IMG/VR virus record: IMGVR_UViG_3300032323_003202
Location: 7,077 to 71,076 of that record
DNA length: 64,000 bases
Strand: one strand, 5' to 3'
DNA from: a virus
Made by a program: the position numbers and the translations under genes. Positions 10,198 to 20,027 of the stretch are shown in pieces; the stretch's first letter is position 1, and each line of letters starts with the position of its first letter. The notes beneath the pieces were generated by a model. It had not been told where the DNA came from, made no database searches, and saw only the letters and a program-made list of their open reading frames with translations.

Positions 10198-11295
10198 TTA
10201 TGTTATTTTTAATGCATCAAGCTTTGGTTTTACTATCATATAGATACCCACAGATATTACCAATGTGTCTAATACATTTAGTATTGAACCAACATATGGT
10301 ATTTTCATGACTGCTGCTTTTATACCTTTTGTAATATCTTCTCCATTAAATCCTACCATTTTCCAAACCTCATCCATCGATTTATCTTGTATTGAGTTAG
10401 TTAGTTCATCAAAACCACTTGCCTTTGAGACAAAATCTTTAAATTTCTTTATACTGCCTAAAACTTTATAGAAAATGTATAACTCTAATATTTGAAATAA
10501 AAAAAAGAAGGATTTTCCAAATCTACTCACAGATTCTGATTTACCTGTTGTCAACCAACCAAAAAATTTATCCATTAGTTGTGATAGCTTACTTATTCCT
10601 TGTTTCATTAAATCCTCAATTTTTGGAATCCAATTAAATGGTGGATAAGTCATTATTTTTTCACCTAGTCTTTGTAAAAATGATTTTTTCTCTTCCTCTC
10701 CATTATCCTCTAATAAAAAATTATCATCTAAATAAATAAGTCCTTCATTAGCTCCTAAGTTTAATACACCTGAAAATGTTTCTGATAATCTAGTCACTAA
10801 ATCTGTTATAATTTGACCTGATGCTATATATTTTAGTAACTCTGATATACTCGTTATATAAGATTTTAGTTTAATTAGTTTTTTATTTTCTATAAATTCG
10901 ATTAGTGGTTCTATAAACCCGCTATCTTTTAACGCATGTTCTTTTATTTTCTGTTCCATTGATAAAAATTGTGTCTTAACATAATTACCAATTTGTCCTG
11001 CTAGTGATTTTGCAAAATCTAATACGTCTTTTGCTTTTTTTGCTAAATCAACTAATAGTTCACCTGCCTTAGATTTTACTGCTAAAACACCTCTCTTACC
11101 TTTATCTACTAAATCAGAAAACCAAGATTCATTTATCATACCATAGTTAGAATCTATTAGTATCTTCTCATTTATAGTTAAATGACTTTCATATAATGAA
11201 TTGAATATCATAGAAAAGTTAGATATATCATTACTATCAATACCCTCTAATATATTTATTTCTGAAAAATTCTCGTATGTCTTTAAGTATCTCAT
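10198..11295 (-). CDS. Helical protein with leader MRYLKTYENF and hydrophobic C-terminal segments
   Basis: ORF track; hydrophobic FFFLFQILELYIFY and LVISVGIYMIV stretches. Confidence 0.7.
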   Translation of the reverse strand: MRYLKTYENFSEINILEGIDSNDISNFSMIFNSLYESHLTINEKILIDSNYGMINESWFSDLVDKGKRGVLAVKSKAGELLVDLAKKAKDVLDFAKSLAGQIGNYVKTQFLSMEQKIKEHALKDSGFIEPLIEFIENKKLIKLKSYITSISELLKYIASGQIITDLVTRLSETFSGVLNLGANEGLIYLDDNFLLEDNGEEEKKSFLQRLGEKIMTYPPFNWIPKIEDLMKQGISKLSQLMDKFFGWLTTGKSESVSRFGKSFFFLFQILELYIFYKVLGSIKKFKDFVSKASGFDELTNSIQDKSMDEVWKMVGFNGEDITKGIKAAVMKIPYVGSILNVLDTLVISVGIYMIVKPKLDALKIT

Positions 11296-11336
11296 ATTCT
11301 ATATATAAAAATATTCAGGATAATTTTTATGACTTT

Positions 11337-12299
11337 TTACCAATAACCAGGATATGTCTTACCTCCAAATAGATGTCCAAATTTGTTAATTCTGCACGCC
11401 CAGTAGCCTGCTTTAGTTTTATCTTTCTTAGTATCACACTTATGTCTGGCTGCAAATGATTTTCTTGCTTTAGGGTCACTTACTTTAGCAGTCAAACCAC
11501 CATGAACATCACCAAATGAAATCTTTTTAACATTACCAGTTTTAGGATTTTTAACATAAACATGATATTTTTTTGTACCACCACGTCTAGGTTTATTCAA
11601 CTCTACTTCTTTACCTTTGTATTCTGCTTCATTTACTTCTTCAATAGTTTCCATTGGTAAATCTAATGGAACTATTACTCCTTCATATTCTGCAAATCGA
11701 CCTATATCAGTTGATTCAAATAATTCAGTATCTAATTCAGATAATTCAATTTGATTTGCATCAAATAATTGTCTTGCTTCTTTAATTAGGTTAAAGTATT
11801 GATTAGATCCAGGTCTAAATACATTTTCTACAATAGGTTTATTATTATCAATATGATATTGTAGATTTTCTGATATTCTACCAGAAAATGATTCAAATAG
11901 TTTTAAGTATTTCATAGTTTTTCTTTCTTGTATTTTTTTGTCTGCTTCTCTAATTGTAAACCAAGTTGGTACTTTATCCAAAATTTCTGATTTATCATAA
12001 CCATACTTTTTATAATCTTCTGGACTTGTAATCTTATAATCATCATTAGGATTTTTAGTAAATTGTTTGATTGTAAAATCAATAATCTTACCATTGATAA
12101 TAGGTGCTGTATGTGATTCTTCATCAGAATCAAAATATACTACCTTAACAGGTAATTTATTTTCTTTAGCCCAGTCACAAAAAACATTTGTAAACCAAGA
12201 ACAATTGGCTTTTTCTTTATTAAATGGTTTACCTAATCTTAAATCATACTTTTTAGAATAATCACTAATAAAATCATCTACATGTTTTTTAATGTTCAT
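11337..12299 (-). CDS. Fusion: papain/transglutaminase-like Cys-His-Asp domain + internal MKYLKLFESF leader + basic C-terminal domain
   Basis: NCSWF / SHTAP / IIDFT triad; second possible start at 11915; C-terminal SFAARHKC..AGYWAC. Confidence 0.6.
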   Translation of the reverse strand: MNIKKHVDDFISDYSKKYDLRLGKPFNKEKANCSWFTNVFCDWAKENKLPVKVVYFDSDEESHTAPIINGKIIDFTIKQFTKNPNDDYKITSPEDYKKYGYDKSEILDKVPTWFTIREADKKIQERKTMKYLKLFESFSGRISENLQYHIDNNKPIVENVFRPGSNQYFNLIKEARQLFDANQIELSELDTELFESTDIGRFAEYEGVIVPLDLPMETIEEVNEAEYKGKEVELNKPRRGGTKKYHVYVKNPKTGNVKKISFGDVHGGLTAKVSDPKARKSFAARHKCDTKKDKTKAGYWACRINKFGHLFGGKTYPGYW

Positions 12300-12388
12300 A
12301 TTATTATAAATGTTTCAATTAATTTTAATTATATATTAATTATCAAGAACCTAAAAATTAATATATACTGAAAACATAATTAAACTTA

Positions 12389-15300
12389 ATGTCAAGTCAT
12401 AAAAATCTACATTTCTTCAACAAGTCTGGTGATAGTCTAAACTTAAACTATAATGAAAATACACAATTATTTGAAGGTTCTCTTTTATTTGATGAGAACT
12501 CAACAGATACATTCAAAACATATGCTCTTTATACTTTAGAGAAAGTACCAACATTTGAATTTGAATCTATAGGTGATATGGGTACAAATAAGTTCCAATT
12601 ATTCAATGAATTTGGAATTCATTTCTATGGGTCAAAGACAAATGTTCCTGAACAAATAACTAATATAGAACCAGTTAACAATGATCCTACATTCTATTCT
12701 AAATGGATATATGGTGAAAATTTTGAAATTAAGTTTCCTGTAGGTACATTAGTTGTATTCAATAATACATTCTTAGAATTTAGTAATCCTGACAAATCAT
12801 TTGTTGTTGTAGGTTCTAAAAAAAATGCTATTATGATTATATCAACTGTTGATAATTCAACTTTTGAAACCACATATTATAATCAATATTCAACCCCATC
12901 AAATTATACTGGTAAATTTATATCAAGTGTTGATGCAATAGGTGTTTATAATTATATTGATACTGAATATGTTAATAATATATCTGATTGGTCTGAGCCA
13001 AATTTCTATGATAAACTATATGTGGGTAAAAAACTTAATGTTGTAAATACTAACTTAAATGATGGTGCATATACTATTGAGAATCCAGAGATAACTGATA
13101 TAATTAGTTTTGAGTATTCTGTTAACAGATTTAGCTTACCTTCAAATACTGATTTAATAATTGAAGTTAAATTAGGAACAGATTTACCAAAATTATATGA
13201 TGGTGGTTTGACAATAACATCAGATAGTAAAATACTTATAAATGACTATTTTAATTTTCCAAGATTATTAAAATCTGGACAAGTATTTAAGATTGTAGGA
13301 TCAGCTGAAAATCAGAATTTTTTAACTATTAAGGATAGAATAGATTTTGAAACAAATAACAATATTACATATTATAACTTATTAGATCAAGTAACTTATA
13401 AAGGTCAATTATATGAGTGTATATTGGCTTATACACATAGTCATGCATCACAAGATACATCATATTTGAATCCTGCTACTGATATAATTCACTGGTCAAA
13501 CCCAACACATCTTAAAGTAAATGAACCTACAACAGATGAATCTTTACTTTATGCACAACTATACTTAACTACAGATAGATATTATTACACTCAAGTAGGT
13601 ACATCATCTTCTGCAATTACTATGGCTTCTATTGCAGAGAAATATAAGACAGATTTTAAATTATTTAATATAGATTTATACTATGAGAATAGTTATCTTA
13701 AAGCTGATTTAATTTATCCAAGTAGATATGCAAGTGTTAACTTTTATCACACACAAATAGGTGAGACATACTCTATAGGAAGTGAATTAAAGACATTTGA
13801 GAGAATTATAGGAACAAAAGAAGTATTACAACAAGAATTAAATTATGACTTCTCTGAGAGATATAAATACAACATTGTATTTACTGATTTAGATGAATAT
13901 GGATTAAAGTTAGTAATAAATAAACAAGTTTATGAAGAAGAAATAGCTTTTATTTATAGTGGTTCAACTATAGATATGTCAAGAACTATTGATAGAACAC
14001 TAAGAAACTGGTTATCAAGAAATTATTTAGAATTATATAAATTGGGTATTAATGTAGAATTACAATATACACAAACACCTAATAATAATAATATAATGTT
14101 TTTCAATTCAATATTGATTATTACAGAATATCCAAATGTTCCAATTACAATAAATGAAATTAAAGTTGGTACTACTGCAAATTGTTATATAGAGGATTCA
14201 AGAGTTTTATTCAATGATTTAGGTCCATCATTAAATGTAAATATTAATAATAGAGATTATATTGTTCAAACATCAAACTTATATCTATTGGATATAAATG
14301 CTAATTTATTACCACTTAATAGTGAAATTATTGGTGCAACTTCTGGTATATTTGGTGTTACTTTTGATACAGGTGATACTGCAAATATATCTGTTGGTGT
14401 TGATGGAAAGGTATCATCAATTGTACTTTCATCAGTTGGTAATGTTGGTTATTCAATAGGTGCAACATTTAGTTTAGAATTTGGTGATATAAATGGTACA
14501 TCATCTATTGTATTTGAAGTTGATGTTAATGATTTAAAAAGAAAGGCTGATATTACAACAACTTTAAAAAACTGGAATGATTTATATTCTACTAATTTGT
14601 TAGAGTATGGTATTGTTACAGAAGTTAAGAATAATTTACTATTGTTTAATGTTAAACAAACTGAGAATAGATTAGATTATACTGTATCAACTGGTAAGAT
14701 TAATTTACCTGGTATAGATGATTATAAAATCACTAAGAAGATGAAAGGAAATGATGGTGTTTTAATAGCTTCTAATGAGGTCATCTTAACTGCCACTTCA
14801 TCTGCTTCATTTGAACAAGCTGGATTTGCAACTGGTATGGTATTTTCAATTAATAATACTTATTATCCTTATGTTAATCAAGAGTATAGTGTTGATTTTT
14901 TGGATCCTAAAGTATTAAATTTAAGTTATCAAGGTCCTTTCTGGGATGTTAATAATTTTATATGTAATAAGTCACCATTTGTAACTATTGCATTTAGTTT
15001 AGGATTTGGACAAACTGGTTGTGGATTTGATACATTAAATGGTACATCTGGTGAATTTGATATACAATCATTTAGTGCATCAGAATTTAATATAAATTTT
15101 GCACCTAATACTTATAGTTCATTCTCATATACAGGAGTTTCTGGAATGGTTGATATTAAATATATTGAATTATCAAATTGTATCTATGTATATGGTGATA
15201 GTAGTGTTGGTGTTATTGATTCATATTATGGGCTACCAATAACAACAATAGAATTGAGTGGTAATACACAAAGTATTAAGATGGAATATAATATAGTAAA

Positions 15301-18300
15301 TAATTATGTTTATTGTTTATCTAAAAACCTACTTAGTATATTTGATCCAGTTACAAATTTTGTAATATCAAGTATTACTTTAGCTAATGATGCATTTGAT
15401 TTAGTTATCAATAATAGTAATGGTGATGTCTATATTAGTTATAATAATTCATCTAGTATTCATATATTTAGTTATGATAATTTAACATCATTAATAACAG
15501 ATTCAGTGAATATATCATCACCAAGTGGTAAAATGGTTTTTCATCAATATGAAGAAGATATTTATATAACATCAACAACTAATATAGTTCATAGAGTCAA
15601 TGGTGATACAAGAGATATAATAGGAACTTTTACAATACCTGGTTTATTGCCTAATATATTTTATGAACCAGTAAATAAGAGTATTTATGTATATGGTAGT
15701 GATGTTTATATTATTGATAATGGTTCATTGAGTATAAGTGAATTACCATCATCTTCAAATCCTGATTTGATATTTAATAATTTAACAGGTGAATTAAACA
15801 TTTCAGATTCAAGTAATAATTTTACAAGAATAAGTGTTACTGGTAGTATGATTGATTATACTGATGTTACACATTATGGTTATATTGGATTAAATCCTTA
15901 TGATGGTTCAATTTATTTATCTGCAACAGACAATAATATAGTTATTATTGATCCACTTACAAATTCATATGTTTTTAATGTACAAACTGCAATAACAACA
16001 AAACTTACTTATAATCCAGATAGAAAGTCAATGTGGTTTATACAACCATCTACAAATAAAGTAGTTGAAATTACAGTTCAATTAAATAATAATGCAGTAG
16101 TAACACAAGTTGAGTCAATATCAATAGAAGAAAACACAATGTATGGTAGTTTACACCCTAATTATGTACCAAGACCTGATATTTGGTTAAAAACAAGAGA
16201 TTATTTTAGAAGACCAAGAGAAAACTTTAATACTGATAATCAAGTTAAATATTACTGGAAATGGTTAGCAGATAATGTACCTGAATTTTTCTTATATGAT
16301 TATTCAGGAGAACAATTACAATTAACTGAGAACATATATAAAGGTTCTCCATCATATTCATATACTGGTGTTACACCTTTATCTCCTGCAGTTTTGAATA
16401 GGAATCCTAATAATGATGTAACTAAAGTTTCATATCCTGAATATCAAAAAACAATATTTGATAAAATTGAATATACATTAAGTTATATTGATGATGAAAA
16501 TGATATTTCTACTAATGTTGAACCTCTACAATTATTTGTAGGTTTTCAATCTCAAAGTGAAGGAGCATTACGTTCTATTTTACAACTCTATAAACATGAA
16601 GATATTTCATTTACTATACCTTCAAGTCAGTCACAATATATTTCAATGGAAACATTGGATATAAATGGACCTGATAAAAGAGGACAGATAAAATTGAATG
16701 TTAATTCTGATGAAATATTTACTGGAAGAGGTTTAAAACCAGGACAACATATTGTTATTTATGTTAAAGATTCAAGTAATAAAAAAGACCAATATATTTC
16801 TCATAATAATGCATCAATGTTTATAATAAGAGAAGTTTATACAAGAACAATAATAGTTGATTTCTTTAATGTTACAAATGATATAATAGAAACAGAAAGT
16901 ACTATTATAAATAATCATCCAAAGTCAGGTAATATAACATATCTTAACTTTGGTATAAAGGTAAAAGACAAAGAAATAGGTAGATTCTACACTTATGGTC
17001 AAACAGAAGAAGAAGATATTAGATTTAAGATAGAATTAGGTAATGTTGGTAAATTGATTGATACTAATGATGTATTTATATTTAAACAATATGATATATT
17101 AGAAGGTGGAATTGACTGGACATTCCTAAATAAGAAGAGAAAAGAGATGATGATGATGAAACATCTTATTTATCCATATATTGGTTCTTATAAGTCAATT
17201 ATAAATGCAATTAACTTCTTTGGTTATAATGATCTACAATTAAATGAGTATTATAAGAATGTTGATACTACATCTCCAGAGTTCACCAAATTATTTAAGG
17301 TTGAAATTCCAGATATTTTTGACAATAGTGTTGAGGGTTGGACAGAAAATGACTTTATTAAACATACAATGCCAAATGATAAGTTTGAAGGAACTAATTT
17401 ATTTAATTTAACATATTTTATTACTGATAAAGATGGTACAAATGTATTGACATATTCATTAGATGAGGTTATTATAAAATTACAAGGATTGAAATATTGG
17501 TTAAAGAAAAATATTATACCTTTAACACATAAGATACTTGATATTACTGGTAGAGTTTATTTAAACTCAGGTAATCAAATACAACATAAAGTAAATGATG
17601 TTAGAATAATTACAATTAATGAAAATATGACTCCTATTTCATTTAAAATGAATGAAGTATATCTTATGCCTGTTAATAGTGGATCAACTGTCTATAATTG
17701 TGTATTAGACTTCTATTCTATTATTCCGGGTGTTGGTGCTGATAAAGATCCTTTAGGATTAGTTACACCACCATTACCATATAATGGAGTTAGTATAGTT
17801 CCGCCTGATTACTTTAGTATTAGAATAAGAACTTATAAGACATATAAAGAGTGGGCACCATTTAAGAATTATATGATTGGAGATAGAATTATATATTTTG
17901 GTATTTTATATGAATCTGTAATAGATAATAACAAAGTAAATAGTCCAAGAAAATATGAATTAGTTGAACCTTGGAAATCTGGTGATATTTATGAATTAAC
18001 AAGTCTTGTTGAATATAATAGTGATATTTATGTTTATGGTGCTACTGGTTCAACACAATCTACAATAAATCCTTATTTAGATTCAAATTGGAGAAATATA
18101 ACAGAATGGAAACCTATAAGTTGGGATCCAGTTCAAACAATTTCTGAGTATAGAAATGGAGATAATTTACTACCTTTTAATTTCACAGTAGATTCTAATT
18201 TGGATCCATTTTTGGTTATTGAAGTAACATCTGATAATGGTTATGGTTCTGTTTATAGAGATAAGAAAAACTATGAAGTTAGAGGATTAAAAGATTTAAT

Positions 18301-18355
18301 TTCAGTACAACAACAAGAATCAATTGGTCCATTTGTTCCAATAGTATTAAGATAA
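12389..18355 (+). CDS. Large virion structural protein (baseplate/tail-associated) with beta-propeller-like region
   Basis: 1988 aa; repeated YNxxNxxVY..IxxxD units; C-terminal YPYIGSYKSIINAINFFGY baseplate-like motif; preceded by AATATATAC. Confidence 0.65.
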   Translation: MSSHKNLHFFNKSGDSLNLNYNENTQLFEGSLLFDENSTDTFKTYALYTLEKVPTFEFESIGDMGTNKFQLFNEFGIHFYGSKTNVPEQITNIEPVNNDPTFYSKWIYGENFEIKFPVGTLVVFNNTFLEFSNPDKSFVVVGSKKNAIMIISTVDNSTFETTYYNQYSTPSNYTGKFISSVDAIGVYNYIDTEYVNNISDWSEPNFYDKLYVGKKLNVVNTNLNDGAYTIENPEITDIISFEYSVNRFSLPSNTDLIIEVKLGTDLPKLYDGGLTITSDSKILINDYFNFPRLLKSGQVFKIVGSAENQNFLTIKDRIDFETNNNITYYNLLDQVTYKGQLYECILAYTHSHASQDTSYLNPATDIIHWSNPTHLKVNEPTTDESLLYAQLYLTTDRYYYTQVGTSSSAITMASIAEKYKTDFKLFNIDLYYENSYLKADLIYPSRYASVNFYHTQIGETYSIGSELKTFERIIGTKEVLQQELNYDFSERYKYNIVFTDLDEYGLKLVINKQVYEEEIAFIYSGSTIDMSRTIDRTLRNWLSRNYLELYKLGINVELQYTQTPNNNNIMFFNSILIITEYPNVPITINEIKVGTTANCYIEDSRVLFNDLGPSLNVNINNRDYIVQTSNLYLLDINANLLPLNSEIIGATSGIFGVTFDTGDTANISVGVDGKVSSIVLSSVGNVGYSIGATFSLEFGDINGTSSIVFEVDVNDLKRKADITTTLKNWNDLYSTNLLEYGIVTEVKNNLLLFNVKQTENRLDYTVSTGKINLPGIDDYKITKKMKGNDGVLIASNEVILTATSSASFEQAGFATGMVFSINNTYYPYVNQEYSVDFLDPKVLNLSYQGPFWDVNNFICNKSPFVTIAFSLGFGQTGCGFDTLNGTSGEFDIQSFSASEFNINFAPNTYSSFSYTGVSGMVDIKYIELSNCIYVYGDSSVGVIDSYYGLPITTIELSGNTQSIKMEYNIVNNYVYCLSKNLLSIFDPVTNFVISSITLANDAFDLVINNSNGDVYISYNNSSSIHIFSYDNLTSLITDSVNISSPSGKMVFHQYEEDIYITSTTNIVHRVNGDTRDIIGTFTIPGLLPNIFYEPVNKSIYVYGSDVYIIDNGSLSISELPSSSNPDLIFNNLTGELNISDSSNNFTRISVTGSMIDYTDVTHYGYIGLNPYDGSIYLSATDNNIVIIDPLTNSYVFNVQTAITTKLTYNPDRKSMWFIQPSTNKVVEITVQLNNNAVVTQVESISIEENTMYGSLHPNYVPRPDIWLKTRDYFRRPRENFNTDNQVKYYWKWLADNVPEFFLYDYSGEQLQLTENIYKGSPSYSYTGVTPLSPAVLNRNPNNDVTKVSYPEYQKTIFDKIEYTLSYIDDENDISTNVEPLQLFVGFQSQSEGALRSILQLYKHEDISFTIPSSQSQYISMETLDINGPDKRGQIKLNVNSDEIFTGRGLKPGQHIVIYVKDSSNKKDQYISHNNASMFIIREVYTRTIIVDFFNVTNDIIETESTIINNHPKSGNITYLNFGIKVKDKEIGRFYTYGQTEEEDIRFKIELGNVGKLIDTNDVFIFKQYDILEGGIDWTFLNKKRKEMMMMKHLIYPYIGSYKSIINAINFFGYNDLQLNEYYKNVDTTSPEFTKLFKVEIPDIFDNSVEGWTENDFIKHTMPNDKFEGTNLFNLTYFITDKDGTNVLTYSLDEVIIKLQGLKYWLKKNIIPLTHKILDITGRVYLNSGNQIQHKVNDVRIITINENMTPISFKMNEVYLMPVNSGSTVYNCVLDFYSIIPGVGADKDPLGLVTPPLPYNGVSIVPPDYFSIRIRTYKTYKEWAPFKNYMIGDRIIYFGILYESVIDNNKVNSPRKYELVEPWKSGDIYELTSLVEYNSDIYVYGATGSTQSTINPYLDSNWRNITEWKPISWDPVQTISEYRNGDNLLPFNFTVDSNLDPFLVIEVTSDNGYGSVYRDKKNYEVRGLKDLISVQQQESIGPFVPIVLR

Positions 18356-18388
18356 AAAAAATCCCTTAGATTTCTCTAAGGGATTTTT
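18355..18388. terminator. Bidirectional terminator
   Basis: ATCCCTTAGA-tttc-TCTAAGGGAT flanked by A and T tracts. Confidence 0.85.
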
Positions 18389-18389
18389 G

Positions 18390-19055
18390 TTATTTTACTT
18401 CTTCTTCAAATTGAAGTTCAGTTTGTGCAGGGTTTTTAACTTCACGAGTTACACCTTCTTCAAAGGCTGCAACCCAGTCTTGAACATCACCTGAAAGGTT
18501 TTTACCAAGAGTTTCATAGTAATTAAATACTTTACTAATATCACCAATTTTTCTAAGAATTTGAGAGAATGTTTGTGCATCTTTTGTTAATCCTTTAATT
18601 TTATGAGTAGATATTAAGTGATAGATATAAGTAACTTCTGTTGCATTAACTTCAAAAGTTTTTAACTCATAATCATTTGTAAATTTAGTGCCTTTCATAC
18701 CTTCAAATAACTCTGTAAGTTCTAATCCAAGGAATACAGTATTTACATCATATTCAACTTTAGTTAAAATTAAATCAGTTATAAATTTCCATTGAGATCT
18801 ATTTAGATTAAAGTTATATTTTGTTTCTTGTAAAAGGTCTTTATATGAATTCCATATTTCTTGTGCTTGTACATAAAGTTTATCTTTTTCTTCATCTGAT
18901 TTACCTTTACCATCATTGTTATTAATGAAGTTAGTTATTTCTTGAGATTTAATATCTAATTCTTTTTCTGCTTCTTCTGTAATAAGAATATAATCTATTA
19001 GATTCTCAGTAAAGTTTATCTGAGGCTTAATTACATTAGTTTCTATTTTTGACAT
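18390..19055 (-). CDS. Hypothetical protein
   Basis: 221-aa ORF with normal composition. Confidence 0.7.
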   Translation of the reverse strand: MSKIETNVIKPQINFTENLIDYILITEEAEKELDIKSQEITNFINNNDGKGKSDEEKDKLYVQAQEIWNSYKDLLQETKYNFNLNRSQWKFITDLILTKVEYDVNTVFLGLELTELFEGMKGTKFTNDYELKTFEVNATEVTYIYHLISTHKIKGLTKDAQTFSQILRKIGDISKVFNYYETLGKNLSGDVQDWVAAFEEGVTREVKNPAQTELQFEEEVK

Positions 19056-19073
19056 TTTGTTTTATTATTTTTT

Positions 19074-19523
19074 TTAGACAATGAAATCATCATCTTCTGA
19101 GTCTTCTTTTTGTTCAATGAACAAAGATTCAACTTGGTTTGCTCTACTTACTTTTTCAACACCATATTTGTTTACTAAAGAAGCAAATGTGTTTAAGTCA
19201 GTTTTTACTAATTTGATTTTTCCACTTTCAACATTCATGTTGATTTTGTCAATTTCTTGTTCAATTAGAATAGTTCTTGATTCCTCATCAAAAGCATCCA
19301 TTAAGTCTTCATTGATTGTTACTAATAGTTCTCTTGGAGAACCTAATTCAATTGCCAATATTGCTGAATATTGGTCTGAAATTTTAGAAATTTTGATTAA
19401 ACCTTTTTGTTTTCTATGTCCTAAGAATTGAAAGTCAATTTTAATAGGGAAAGATTTTTTGTCAAAAACTTCAAAAAAATCATTAATAGTATCTTCTGAT
19501 ACCTCGTAAAAATTATCGTTCAT
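19074..19523 (-). CDS. Degenerate phage metallopeptidase-like protein
   Basis: LLVTINED..FDEESRTILIEQEIDKI..DL..F..LVNKYG; the expected HExxH is replaced by QEIDK. Confidence 0.4.
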   Translation of the reverse strand: MNDNFYEVSEDTINDFFEVFDKKSFPIKIDFQFLGHRKQKGLIKISKISDQYSAILAIELGSPRELLVTINEDLMDAFDEESRTILIEQEIDKINMNVESGKIKLVKTDLNTFASLVNKYGVEKVSRANQVESLFIEQKEDSEDDDFIV

Positions 19524-19568
19524 ATTTTGTATTTGTTTTAGTGTTATAAAATAAATACACCAAAAAGT

Positions 19569-19997
19569 TTAAGATTTTATTAAAAAATATGAAATTATTG
19601 ATACTATTACTAAAGTAGGTAAAAATTTATAATAAAGATTATTATAAAAAACATTACTTCTAAACAAAGAGTAACCTATTACTATTAAATAAGAATATTT
19701 ATCAACTTTTTTAACTTCATAAGATTCAAAAAGTTCATTTAAACCAATAGATTTTAAGAATTTTGAAACCTCAAATGTATATTCTCTTATATAGTTTTCA
19801 GATATTTTATCAATATCTGACTTTTTAAGAGTAAACTCACCATATAATTCTTCTGGTATATTTAATACAGTGTAAAGTCTATAGGCAGAGTCAATTCTAA
19901 CATTAAGTTCTCTTTCTAATCTTAATTTATTTAGTTTTAATGTTTTCTTATATAAAGAAAACAAAGTTAGTTTTTTAAAAAATGATATATTTGCCAT
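19569..19997 (-). CDS. Hypothetical protein with C-terminal transmembrane helix
   Basis: C-terminal FLPTLVIVSIISYFLI. Confidence 0.65.
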   Translation of the reverse strand: MANISFFKKLTLFSLYKKTLKLNKLRLERELNVRIDSAYRLYTVLNIPEELYGEFTLKKSDIDKISENYIREYTFEVSKFLKSIGLNELFESYEVKKVDKYSYLIVIGYSLFRSNVFYNNLYYKFLPTLVIVSIISYFLIKS

Positions 19998-20027
19998 AAT
20001 ACATTATACTATTTTATTATAATAAGT

